Virus record (IMG/VR): IMGVR_UViG_3300048091_000424
Direction: 5' to 3' (one strand)
From: a virus
Taxonomy: Duplodnaviria; Heunggongvirae; Uroviricota; Caudoviricetes
Length of the DNA stretch: 64,000 nucleotides
Under the pieces are notes generated by a model. That model worked only from the letters and a program-made list of their open reading frames with translations, searched no databases and was not told where the DNA came from. Shown piece by piece: positions 18,170 to 27,592 of the stretch. The position numbers and the translations under genes are program-made. How positions within the stretch are numbered: position 1 is the stretch's first letter; every line of letters begins with the position of its first letter.

Positions 18170-18343
18170 GTATATCGAGTCATGAGTTACTAATTATCTT
18201 CAAGCTGATACTAGTGCAGTCATGGCTCTCGATGTAAAAATGTAAGTTTTTACATAGGATTAAAAAATATTATTTGATGTATTGACCTGCAAAAATCTCA
18301 TCATTACCATTTTATGAAGCTGAAGCTCATATAGGTAATCTTT

Positions 18344-20767
18344 ATGCAAGACTCTCATACGATAAAAATAGAAGCCGCTAAGAAGTCTATCGCCTCAGGA
18401 ATTTTCAACCTGAGCCACCTCGAAGACTTTCGGAGTGAATTTGATAACCTGAGTTGGAAGAAGCTCACTGCCTTCGGCGGTGAGAATATGAATGCCCTTT
18501 CCTCTTCTGACCAGGTTTTTATCAAGGATATTCTGGCCAAAGCCCTTGGGATTGATATTCAGGATTTGACACCTGACAGCTTGTTCAGCCCGCATAGGTC
18601 GTTACAGATTTTGCAGTCCATCAGAGTCGGCCAACCCGTACACGAGTTAATGTGGGAGCTATCAGTAGAGGCCAAGAGATACATCGATCATTTGATACAT
18701 GCTCATGGTGAGGAAAAACCAGTTTTTAAATTCCTGGTCGGAAACCCTGGTTCAGGGAAGACGACCTTTAGAAATCTGCTGCAATCTAAACTAGATCCGA
18801 GTTCTCCAATCATCCATAACACATTTGGCGCACAAACGACTGGGAACACTATTCACCTTGCGTGTGCATTCCTGTTCGATAAGGTAATGATTGATTCAGC
18901 GGCGAAAAAACTAAAGGAAACGAAGCTTCGTGATGCGCGGGCCTACGGGAATATAAAGAAATACGCAATGTCCCACAATTACTATCAGGTGCTGTCTCCT
19001 TTATTTGGCTACGCTGAATCAGATAAAGATGGATCGCTGGCCGAATTTGTTAATGAATATCACAACGCCGTGAACTGTTGGATTAAGAAAGACACAGTTG
19101 GAGAACTTAAATCACTTCAAAGACATTATGGTGAACCCTGCGAGGTAATGCCTAGACCAAAAGAGTCGAATTCAATAAACTTTACTGCACAGATAATGAG
19201 TTTCTATAGCAAGATCGGACTTTATCCGGTTTGGTTAATGGACGAGTTCGAGGCTCACGAATCTCTTTACCGCGCTTATAGAATTAAAGTTTTGGACTAT
19301 TTCCGTGGGTTCTTTGACATTTTATCTGACCCGAGTTCTAAAGGCTTCTGCCTGATTTTCTCCACTGAAGCTGGCATGCACATCATTGATAGCTATCCAG
19401 CTTTAAGTGACAGACTCTCTTCTGGTAAGTATTTTTCGCTCACTCAAGCCATCTGGAGGCTGTCGGCACTAGATAAATGGAATAATGAGTATGCAATCAA
19501 GGTCATAAAGGAGTTGTACCACGCATCAGCTCAAATTGACGATATTTCTGAGGCTGTAGATAGAGCCATAAGCGAACTTGGTGGTGAACTTGACCTTGTA
19601 TTGAACAGAGAGTTCAACAAGGAAGTCGCTAGAAATCGTTTGACCCCAACTGTGACTGGCCTACTTGATCCACTATCTGAACCAGACTCGACAATAAAAA
19701 CAGACATCAAGAAAATCGCCGACAAAATTAAGTCGATTGAAGCCGCTGCAACTCAAGTGACTCGTGCTTGTTATGAACCAGAAATGGAAAACATTAAATC
19801 ACCAACTAGTGACCAGCAACACGCTGGTAACCTAGTCTTAGCTAAGGAAAATTACGACCCTACAGCAGCTGTTGTATTGATGGAGTATGCTGCCGGCAAG
19901 GATCGTAACCGTGATCCGTTCGAAGACGATCCATTCGGTGATGATCAGTTAGTAGAATCTTCAGAAGATGATGACTTCGACAGTTTTGATGGGTTCGAAC
20001 TGCCAAACCTGTACGCAAGTGATTATCGAGGTGAAGCTGATTTTATTGAATACCTAATTAGCTTCGAACATAACATCACCAATATTACAGTCGACAACTT
20101 GAGACCGCAGCAAATCAAGGAAAGTTCAATATTCAACTTCTTTGCGCGTAACAAGCACAAACACTCAGCCAAGTGGCCGGCACAACTGCAATTTAATAAA
20201 AAACCTCTAGAGTTTTCTGGCGAGCTAAATAGTAGTGATTTAAAATTCATTATCAGCGATTTCGAAAAATCCAGGTCACCCTCAAGCCTGGCTAAGAAAT
20301 ACGCAAGGTTTCGTGATTTGGGTGGCCGTTACGAAAACCTTCCATTGCAAATTCAGACTGCGATAGAAGATAAACTACCAGAAATCAACAAGCAATTTAA
20401 CTTCAACCTTAATCTTATTTTATCAGCTGTGGCGAGCGACCACCTCCTACCAACGGTTAAGATAACAGACCTGAAAAGGATACAGTCGGATGGAGACAAC
20501 ATAATCTCTATCCAAGGTCAGTCAGTCACACAACTCGTTCGGTGGAATGTGTTTGAGACGCTGTCTCTTACCAGATCACTTGTTTATGCCTACGCGTTCA
20601 ACTCAGGATATTTCCCACCTGATGCAGAGGTGGATGAGTATGTCCTTGAATGGCACGAAAAATTGGGGATGACGAAAATTACGCCAGATCGAAATGGGGT
20701 TTTCTTCTACTCGAAAGATGGCCTATGGGATAAGGAACTCCAGAATATCCGTAATACGTGGGAATGA
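18344..20767 (+). CDS. Large P-loop NTPase (807 aa) in an AT-rich island
   Basis: Walker A FLVGNPGSGKTTF, Walker B-like VWLMDEFE; acidic linker DPFEDDPFGDDQLVESSEDDDFDSFDGFE; composition visibly AT-richer than the flanks. Confidence 0.8.
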   Translation: MQDSHTIKIEAAKKSIASGIFNLSHLEDFRSEFDNLSWKKLTAFGGENMNALSSSDQVFIKDILAKALGIDIQDLTPDSLFSPHRSLQILQSIRVGQPVHELMWELSVEAKRYIDHLIHAHGEEKPVFKFLVGNPGSGKTTFRNLLQSKLDPSSPIIHNTFGAQTTGNTIHLACAFLFDKVMIDSAAKKLKETKLRDARAYGNIKKYAMSHNYYQVLSPLFGYAESDKDGSLAEFVNEYHNAVNCWIKKDTVGELKSLQRHYGEPCEVMPRPKESNSINFTAQIMSFYSKIGLYPVWLMDEFEAHESLYRAYRIKVLDYFRGFFDILSDPSSKGFCLIFSTEAGMHIIDSYPALSDRLSSGKYFSLTQAIWRLSALDKWNNEYAIKVIKELYHASAQIDDISEAVDRAISELGGELDLVLNREFNKEVARNRLTPTVTGLLDPLSEPDSTIKTDIKKIADKIKSIEAAATQVTRACYEPEMENIKSPTSDQQHAGNLVLAKENYDPTAAVVLMEYAAGKDRNRDPFEDDPFGDDQLVESSEDDDFDSFDGFELPNLYASDYRGEADFIEYLISFEHNITNITVDNLRPQQIKESSIFNFFARNKHKHSAKWPAQLQFNKKPLEFSGELNSSDLKFIISDFEKSRSPSSLAKKYARFRDLGGRYENLPLQIQTAIEDKLPEINKQFNFNLNLILSAVASDHLLPTVKITDLKRIQSDGDNIISIQGQSVTQLVRWNVFETLSLTRSLVYAYAFNSGYFPPDAEVDEYVLEWHEKLGMTKITPDRNGVFFYSKDGLWDKELQNIRNTWE

Positions 20768-20780
20768 CCTTCTCTTAGGC

Positions 20781-20806
20781 AAAAAACCGCCCCCTTCGGG
20801 GGCGGT
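20781..20806. terminator. Strong GC hairpin after the NTPase gene
   Basis: AAAAAA-ACCGCCCC-cttcg-GGGGCGGT; the A-run precedes it, so the U-tract is better on the minus strand. Confidence 0.7.
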
Positions 20807-20910
20807 CTATTGCGCATCCTGGGAAATTTCGAGGCCCAGAAAAGCAACTTTGACGCAGGAATGACGCGCCCCATAAACTGGGGTATGGCAACGTATTTTG
20901 AGTCCAACCC

Positions 20911-21516
20911 ATGCGCAAGCTGCCCAACTTGAAAGATCGGTTTTTCTACCACGGATCCCCGTGCTCCATTGATGTCTTCGACTACAAGTTCGCCGAGAAC
21001 GGGCAGGGATTTGGCTTTTACTTCACCACGGATAAATCCGGCGCCGCAGGCTTTTGCTCCGAAAACCCCATCACCAAGGCGGCGGGGTTACCTTTCGTCC
21101 CGACACTTCACAAAGTCCGCCTAAAGGTAGAAAACCCACTGGGTCACCAGCATGTCCAGGCGCTGACGAAGGCCCAATGCCGGGAGATCATTAAACGCGC
21201 TCCAAACCTCGAGGAAAGGCTCTGGAACACCTGGGATGTCGATAGCCTCGGTGCAGACAAAGCGCTGGATGAGGCAGCCAAGCTCTTTAGCGGCAAGGAT
21301 TGCATCCTCATCAGTACACTCAACCAAATCGCCAACGAATTCTTTGAGGGCGAGATGGGGGCGCTCAGCTCTGCCCTGCGCGACGTGACTGGTTACGACG
21401 GCTTGATCCGCACATGCGGTAAAGATGTGACGATCATGGCCTGGTTCCCTGACCAGGTCGAAATCGTGTCTCGCATCGACCCAGCTCTCGAACTGGATGA
21501 GGCGCCTGCACCATGA
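20911..21516 (+). CDS. Hypothetical protein; possible ADP-ribosyltransferase-like (ART-PolyVal-type) enzyme
   Basis: FYHGS...GFGFYFTT...GYDGLIR...AWFPDQVEIV recalls the H-Y-E ART pattern of polyvalent-protein ARTs (from memory, unverified); stop overlaps next start (ATGA). Confidence 0.5.
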   Translation: MRKLPNLKDRFFYHGSPCSIDVFDYKFAENGQGFGFYFTTDKSGAAGFCSENPITKAAGLPFVPTLHKVRLKVENPLGHQHVQALTKAQCREIIKRAPNLEERLWNTWDVDSLGADKALDEAAKLFSGKDCILISTLNQIANEFFEGEMGALSSALRDVTGYDGLIRTCGKDVTIMAWFPDQVEIVSRIDPALELDEAPAP

Positions 21517-22634
21517 GTGACACTACCCCAAGCGCCTTCGACCAGTTGGTAAAAATCCGCGTTGAAATCCGCAAGCATTGTAAGTCTCAGACTGGCGGCG
21601 ATCCGATGGACGTCTACGACCTCCTGTCCGACTACTGTGACATCTTGGAGCGCCTGGCCACCCAGCGGCAATATTCGGTCATGGCCACGGCCATGGATCG
21701 CCTCAACACCGTCGCTGAAGATTTGTTTCAGCGTCCGCACATGGTGCCGGTGATCGCCGATTTGTTTTTGGAGCGCCTCCCCTTTAGTCACCGCACGGTA
21801 TTCAACCTCGCTGGAAGTTTGACCGGCGTGCTGCGTGAAAACCTGTCGCAACTTGCTGTCGAAAACCTCATAGCCCACGAGGCATTTCTTTCAGATAGGG
21901 ATGAGCATCTCGCAGGTGGCGTTATCCGAAATCTGCTGCGCTATTGCGATAGTCCAGCACCGGCTTTGCAGTACGCGCAGTCGATCCTGCCCCTGTTCAA
22001 TAGTAAGACGTCGGGTTTTGAGTCAGTCCTAAGCGCCATACTCGACAGTAGAACATTGAAAAATATGCCTCATGAGAAATTCCAGCCTTTGGTGGAATGG
22101 GTGTCAGAGCTCGATGTTCTTACCTTGTGCCAAGGGCTAAAGCCGGGCTATGCCACGAAAGAGAGAGTCGCCATCTTCCGCGAAGCGGGCTTACCTCTTC
22201 TCGCCGATGGCCTCTACTATAAAAACAACCAGGTGAACGCTCGGGAGATGATCGAAATCCATAGGCGAACAGGCCTTAAACCCGACGCGGCATACCTTGA
22301 TCAATTCTTCGGCCAGGGTAAAACCCCTGAGGCGAGGGAGCTTCGCGAGCTGCTGAAGTATTCTTTGGCAGTTGAGAACGTTTTCCCACTGGACTGGGAG
22401 GGAATCAAAGCACCGTGGGTCACCAGCTCCCTGGTAGATGCTTTTGCCCGCCTCGAGCAGATGGGTGTAAGACCCCGCTCTCCTGAGGAATGCGAACCGC
22501 TGATTTCACAGTTGGGCGATCACCTTAGAAGCTCGGAAAACATGGACTCGCTGCTCAACAAAAAGACTAAGCCATACCTGCAGATCTCCCATAAATTTAA
22601 CGGCAAGCTGTTTGGCCTAGAACTCGGCCTTTAG
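21513..22634 (+). CDS. FxxDLGL-tail family protein (373 aa), subtype A
   Basis: Ends KLFGLELGL; shares LLKYSLAVENVFP and PRSPEECEPLIS with 25072..26253. Confidence 0.75.
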   Translation: MSDTTPSAFDQLVKIRVEIRKHCKSQTGGDPMDVYDLLSDYCDILERLATQRQYSVMATAMDRLNTVAEDLFQRPHMVPVIADLFLERLPFSHRTVFNLAGSLTGVLRENLSQLAVENLIAHEAFLSDRDEHLAGGVIRNLLRYCDSPAPALQYAQSILPLFNSKTSGFESVLSAILDSRTLKNMPHEKFQPLVEWVSELDVLTLCQGLKPGYATKERVAIFREAGLPLLADGLYYKNNQVNAREMIEIHRRTGLKPDAAYLDQFFGQGKTPEARELRELLKYSLAVENVFPLDWEGIKAPWVTSSLVDAFARLEQMGVRPRSPEECEPLISQLGDHLRSSENMDSLLNKKTKPYLQISHKFNGKLFGLELGL

Positions 22635-22644
22635 GGAATTTTCA

Positions 22645-23841
22645 ATGTCAAACCAAATTGCCCGTGATCTGACGCAAGCCGCACAAGCGCTGATCCGAAC
22701 CGTGAACGGCACCAATCCGGGCGAAGATGTTCTGCACCAACAATTATGGGATCTGGCTAATGCGTGCCATCTGGCCAAGCAAAATGACAGCCTCAATCTC
22801 CTGGCGCGTGCTCACCAGGCGGTAAAGGAAACGACACGAGGGTTCATGAACCTGGTCACACGTCGTGGATGTCCCGATGTCATCGCTCAGTACCTGGAGT
22901 TGTTTCCTCTCCATGAGCAATACGCTGAGGAGTTTTTGCAGATCATTCACGAATCGGAGTGTCTCAATGCGGCAGATAAGAGCCGCTTGCTTGGGGATCT
23001 GGTCGACAATGTTATCAAGCATGAAACCTTCACCGTGAAAAATCAGTTTGGGGGCACCGACTTCTACGACGCCCGCAAGTTTCTGGTGATGAATCTGAAT
23101 GGCTTCGAATTCGAAGAGGGCAAAAGCCTCGACTCCACGCCGCTTGGCAAATTCTGTACGAATCTCTGCGAGATCCGAAACGATGCCGCCGCCATCATAA
23201 TCACCACGTTGAACACGGCGGAAAGTGCCCGGTCGGCCAATGCGGCTGTTGGATACAAAGCTCTAGGATATTGGTTCAATGGTCATCAGCCGGATCTGTT
23301 TTTGGGTGTGATGCGCAACAATCCGTCTGACTACAATACCTTTAACATTGTGCAAACAACGAGGGATACGCTTGAGGCGCCCTACCTCGCCGCTTGCCTC
23401 AATATGCGTTCAATCGATCCTGATTTTGAGATCCTGATCGAAGGCCTTAAAACCTATGAACTCAGGGTTGATGAGACCTTTAAACGCACGATGGCGTACG
23501 ACTCTGATGGAGAGTCAATGCGAACTCTTTCTGAGGGAACTCTGGAGACATTGATCGCATACTCACTCACCGTCGAACATGTCTTGCCCCACGCCATACA
23601 GACTGTTGGGACGAAGTACGACCTCATCACAGCATTGGTCAACGCCGGTCGAGAAGTGGCGAAGCCCGAGTACCAGGCGTTTGATAGCAAAGCCAGGGCT
23701 CAAGAGGTCGTCGACTTTGTAATGGACAGGGTCACCGGGAAAGAGGACTTCTCCCAGATGGAGACCAGTTGGCTACTGCCGTATGCTCAAAAGAACCTTA
23801 CCTACCTCAAGCACGCGTTCAGTCGTGACCTAGGATTGTGA
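22645..23841 (+). CDS. FxxDLGL-tail family protein (398 aa), subtype B
   Basis: Ends NLTYLKHAFSRDLGL; collinear with 23882..25069. Confidence 0.75.
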   Translation: MSNQIARDLTQAAQALIRTVNGTNPGEDVLHQQLWDLANACHLAKQNDSLNLLARAHQAVKETTRGFMNLVTRRGCPDVIAQYLELFPLHEQYAEEFLQIIHESECLNAADKSRLLGDLVDNVIKHETFTVKNQFGGTDFYDARKFLVMNLNGFEFEEGKSLDSTPLGKFCTNLCEIRNDAAAIIITTLNTAESARSANAAVGYKALGYWFNGHQPDLFLGVMRNNPSDYNTFNIVQTTRDTLEAPYLAACLNMRSIDPDFEILIEGLKTYELRVDETFKRTMAYDSDGESMRTLSEGTLETLIAYSLTVEHVLPHAIQTVGTKYDLITALVNAGREVAKPEYQAFDSKARAQEVVDFVMDRVTGKEDFSQMETSWLLPYAQKNLTYLKHAFSRDLGL

Positions 23842-23881
23842 AATGTCTACCCGCCACCCATATCAACGAAGGAACGGATAA

Positions 23882-25069
23882 ATGACAACTCTGACGAGTA
23901 GACTCGCCACAGCGACCAAGGCTTTGCAATCCAGCCTAGAGCTCCGACATCCTTCCCCCGAGGTGTTGATGCAGCAACTGCACGACCTGGCGGAGATCGG
24001 GTATCAAGCCCATGGCACATTCAGCGTCAACCTCTTGGCAAAGCTTGATGGTGCGTTGAAGGACTGCACGCGAGGGCTGATGAGCAACCTGGAACGCAAC
24101 GAACATCCCGAAGTCATCGAGCTATTCCTTCAGCTGTTTCCTGTAAACGACCATTACGTCGTTGAGTTTATGGAAACAATCTGTCGTTGCGGGACTCTGG
24201 ACATAATTGAAAAAAGGAACCTGAGGGAGAAGCTGATTGCCAATGTGATCAATCATGAGACCTTGGCCACCTATGGTCGCGACGCCATCCTGAACCATAG
24301 CGCCGCGATAAACTTCATAGAGGCCAGCATGGACGGGTATGGCGATGGCGGCGAATCAGCTACTGTCGACAAGGTCTTCACTGACTTTTTCAAGTCAATC
24401 GTGCAGACACGATACGAGGGTGCCAATGTGCTTATGCGTGCGCTAAGCGCCAAAGAAGCCAATCCAGGCATCACCAAGCTGGACGGGTGGAAAAAGCTCA
24501 AGGCATGGCTCCTGGACAATGAACAGTTCGTAATCAGTTGCGTGCTAGCCAACGGGATGTCGGATTACAATTCCGCATCCAGCATCCTGCATGCTCAAAA
24601 TAGCTTGGGCTTACCTCACCTGGCCGCTGCCTTGAACCTACGGTCTTCAGATCCAATTTTGAAGGTTCTGGTTGAGGGTCACACCATCTATGGTTTGTCA
24701 GTGGATGAAAGCTTCATGCAGGGTATTGGCCTTACCGACGGTGGAACCCAGCGCAAGTTTGATCATCTTACCCTCGAGTGTCTCCTCGCCTACTCCTTGA
24801 TGATAAAACCCATTTTGCCTGACCCGCTGGAGCCCAAGGCCGCGAACAGCTTGGTTGAGTCTCTTTGCGCGGCTGCCAACATAGTTACTTTTGAGCAGTA
24901 TGAGAGGTTTGACTGCAAACCTAACGCTCAAGCGGTTGTCGACTTTGTGATGGAACGTGTGACCGGAAAAGAGAATTTTGCCCTGCTCGAAGACAGCTGG
25001 CTGCGCCCTTACGCCGAGAAGAACCTGACCTACTTGAAACACGCGTTCACTCGCGATTTGGGATTGTGA
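23882..25069 (+). CDS. FxxDLGL-tail family protein (395 aa), subtype B
   Basis: AAGGAA RBS; ends NLTYLKHAFTRDLGL; AQAVVDFVMERVTGKENF matches AQEVVDFVMDRVTGKEDF. Confidence 0.75.
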   Translation: MTTLTSRLATATKALQSSLELRHPSPEVLMQQLHDLAEIGYQAHGTFSVNLLAKLDGALKDCTRGLMSNLERNEHPEVIELFLQLFPVNDHYVVEFMETICRCGTLDIIEKRNLREKLIANVINHETLATYGRDAILNHSAAINFIEASMDGYGDGGESATVDKVFTDFFKSIVQTRYEGANVLMRALSAKEANPGITKLDGWKKLKAWLLDNEQFVISCVLANGMSDYNSASSILHAQNSLGLPHLAAALNLRSSDPILKVLVEGHTIYGLSVDESFMQGIGLTDGGTQRKFDHLTLECLLAYSLMIKPILPDPLEPKAANSLVESLCAAANIVTFEQYERFDCKPNAQAVVDFVMERVTGKENFALLEDSWLRPYAEKNLTYLKHAFTRDLGL

Positions 25070-25071
25070 TT

Positions 25072-26253
25072 ATGCCCACTCAGAACGCCCTACCCCCCAT
25101 TGTCCGTGACATCAGCCGGTACAATGACTTGCTCACAATCAATAATGAGTTGTACCGATTGGTTGTGACTGATGACCCGGATCCGCTCCTCGTTCACGCG
25201 CTGATGGTCGACTTCATTCAGGGAATGGATGACCTTGCGACCCAGCGCCTGCATGTCCTGGTGGGGAAAGCAGCCGCGATGATGGATGTGACCATTCTGG
25301 ATCTGTTCAAGCGTCCGGCAATTGCTGAAGTCATTTCTGAGTTGTACTTCCAACATTTTCAGGCACCGATTCGTCTGGTGTTCAGTATCGCTGCCGGGCC
25401 GGAAGGCCAACTGCTGACGGATGCATATAGCGATGAGCTGCGTGATGCTTTGGTGGCTCGGGGCGTCGAGAACTTGATCGCCTACGATGCTTTTACCACT
25501 GACACCGACCAGCATCTCATGGATTCGTTGATCATCCACATTCTTCGACTTAGCGAGCAAACTCAGCCAGCAGTGGACTTGTGCGACGCTATTGTGGGAC
25601 GTCGTAATGACAAAAAAGCAGGCATCGATGTCATATTTTCAGCGGTTTACATCGCCATCCAGGACGCAAAATATAAACCCGACGCTACCAGGCCTTTATT
25701 GGCTTGGATGCAGGGCAGGCAAGCTGATTTGGTCAACCAGATGGTCAATACCAAGCAGGGAATTTGGATGGCTATGGAACTGACTGACTTTTTTCAAAGC
25801 AACGGGCTGCAAGATCTTGCGGATCGCTGGTACCTTCGCTCCAGCTACTTGGATTTTCAGCGTTTGTACGCCATTCATCAGCGCTGTGGCTTGAAACCTG
25901 ATCAGGATTATCTGCAGCAATTCATCGCTGCCGATTGCAGCCCATCCATTAAGCTACTGGGTGACTTGCTCAAGTATTCGCTTGCAGTCGAAAATTTTAT
26001 CCCTGACGCCAGTAAACTCACCTTCAAGCCGACCTGGGTCACCAAATCCTTGGTGGATGCCTTCAACACCTTCCGCGAAATGGGCATTGAACCCCGCTCA
26101 CCAAAAGAGTGTGAGCCACTGATTTCCCTTTTGGCTGGGCATTTGAAAAGCGAAGAAACCATGACTCCCCTAATGGCCAAGGAAATCCAGCCCTACATCG
26201 CGATCTCGAATAGCTTCCAGACTAAAATGTTCGGCATGGACTTGGGTCTGTAG
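25072..26253 (+). CDS. FxxDLGL-tail family protein (about 393 aa), subtype A
   Basis: Track ORF 25066..26253; ATG at 25072; ends KMFGMDLGL. Confidence 0.75.
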   Translation: MPTQNALPPIVRDISRYNDLLTINNELYRLVVTDDPDPLLVHALMVDFIQGMDDLATQRLHVLVGKAAAMMDVTILDLFKRPAIAEVISELYFQHFQAPIRLVFSIAAGPEGQLLTDAYSDELRDALVARGVENLIAYDAFTTDTDQHLMDSLIIHILRLSEQTQPAVDLCDAIVGRRNDKKAGIDVIFSAVYIAIQDAKYKPDATRPLLAWMQGRQADLVNQMVNTKQGIWMAMELTDFFQSNGLQDLADRWYLRSSYLDFQRLYAIHQRCGLKPDQDYLQQFIAADCSPSIKLLGDLLKYSLAVENFIPDASKLTFKPTWVTKSLVDAFNTFREMGIEPRSPKECEPLISLLAGHLKSEETMTPLMAKEIQPYIAISNSFQTKMFGMDLGL

Positions 26254-26311
26254 GCCACCACACAAAAAGGGCCATGTAAATTTTTCTGGCTTAAGAATTA
26301 CGGAGTTAACA

Positions 26312-27514
26312 ATGTCAACTGATCCATTTGCCCGGCTCGAAAACATCAACCCCGGCATGGGCCGACAAGCCATGTGCGATGCCATCGTGGATGTCGGCAA
26401 GGCCCTTGAGGCAGCGCTACCAGCGTACGGCAGGATCACCTTGATCTCGCTGAGTCAGCAGATATTACAACTGCGCACGGAGCTGCTGGAAGCATTCCCG
26501 CTGATGGAGGATCCTGCCCCGTACCTGGCGCTGATTTCAGCCCTTCCGCTTGATATGAAGGCAGCACACCAGCTGACCTATGATTTTGGCAAGCTTGGTG
26601 ATGATCCCGGTCATGGGCCGGTGCTTTTTGAATTGACCCGTGCGCTGGTGGATAACTTAAAACGCAACAATACCCTCGAGCGCGAGGCTGAATTTTTCAA
26701 GCACTCACACACCCCTCGGGCAGCTGGAGATATCGTGTGGACAACCACCGATTTTGAAAGGGATTTTGATGACTTTGCTTACCTCCTGCTGGATAGTCAG
26801 GCGAAAGACCCACACTGCTGCCTCGACCTGGTCGAGCACGTATTTTCTTTTTCCATCAATTGCCGCGACCTCAATCTTCAAGGAGGCTTGCTAACGGCAA
26901 TGCTGGCCCTCAACACGACATTCAACCATGAATCCGCATGCTGGCCAGCCGTGAAGCAATGGCTCAAGACCCACGAAGATCGGGTCTGCACGAGCTTGTT
27001 GAGCCAAGGCTGGAGCCGACAATTCAAACCGGAGCTGGCCCAGAAGGCCTTGGCACTTGGCTACCCGAAACTGCACAATGCGATAGTGCTCCGCAGTTGC
27101 CGGCACAATGAAAGCAACTTTCTGGCGCTTAAGCGGTTCCACGGGATCGATCCCGATCAAACCTGCTACGACATCATCTTGAAAAATCATCGTGACGAGG
27201 CCTGTGGAGCAGACAGCACGAGTCTTACAGCCTTGTTGGCGCACGCCCTGGTGTACGACCACCAGATCCCGGAAGACTGGATGATCAAGGCTTCAGACTC
27301 ACCGCTGAAATTGCTGGATAGCGCATATCAGGAAGTCAAAAAGAATGGCTTAGTGCCATCCATTGACAAACTCCACGACTTGTTTGAGAAGTCCTTACGA
27401 AAGTTGCGTAATGATCGAGATTTGACGTGGCTGGAGTCGTCAATATTTGCCCCATTTCTCCGTCAGTCATTGGCCTATCAGGCTGAGCGCTTCGGGCAGG
27501 ATTTAGGCCTTTAG
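26312..27514 (+). CDS. FxxDLGL-tail family protein (400 aa), subtype C
   Basis: GGAG RBS; ends ERFGQDLGL. Confidence 0.75.
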   Translation: MSTDPFARLENINPGMGRQAMCDAIVDVGKALEAALPAYGRITLISLSQQILQLRTELLEAFPLMEDPAPYLALISALPLDMKAAHQLTYDFGKLGDDPGHGPVLFELTRALVDNLKRNNTLEREAEFFKHSHTPRAAGDIVWTTTDFERDFDDFAYLLLDSQAKDPHCCLDLVEHVFSFSINCRDLNLQGGLLTAMLALNTTFNHESACWPAVKQWLKTHEDRVCTSLLSQGWSRQFKPELAQKALALGYPKLHNAIVLRSCRHNESNFLALKRFHGIDPDQTCYDIILKNHRDEACGADSTSLTALLAHALVYDHQIPEDWMIKASDSPLKLLDSAYQEVKKNGLVPSIDKLHDLFEKSLRKLRNDRDLTWLESSIFAPFLRQSLAYQAERFGQDLGL

Positions 27515-27592
27515 TCCTATAATTCACTTGTATTGACTACAAGTCCATGAGCGATATACTTAGGTTACTTTTATTACGCCTGGATCAATACC

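Noticed and set aside
20781-20806. Terminator orientation anomaly (the U-tract is on the minus strand although both flanking genes are on the + strand), as evidence for an inverted insertion
   Set aside because: A strong GC hairpin can terminate bidirectionally. A single observation is insufficient, so it is noted only in the feature evidence.
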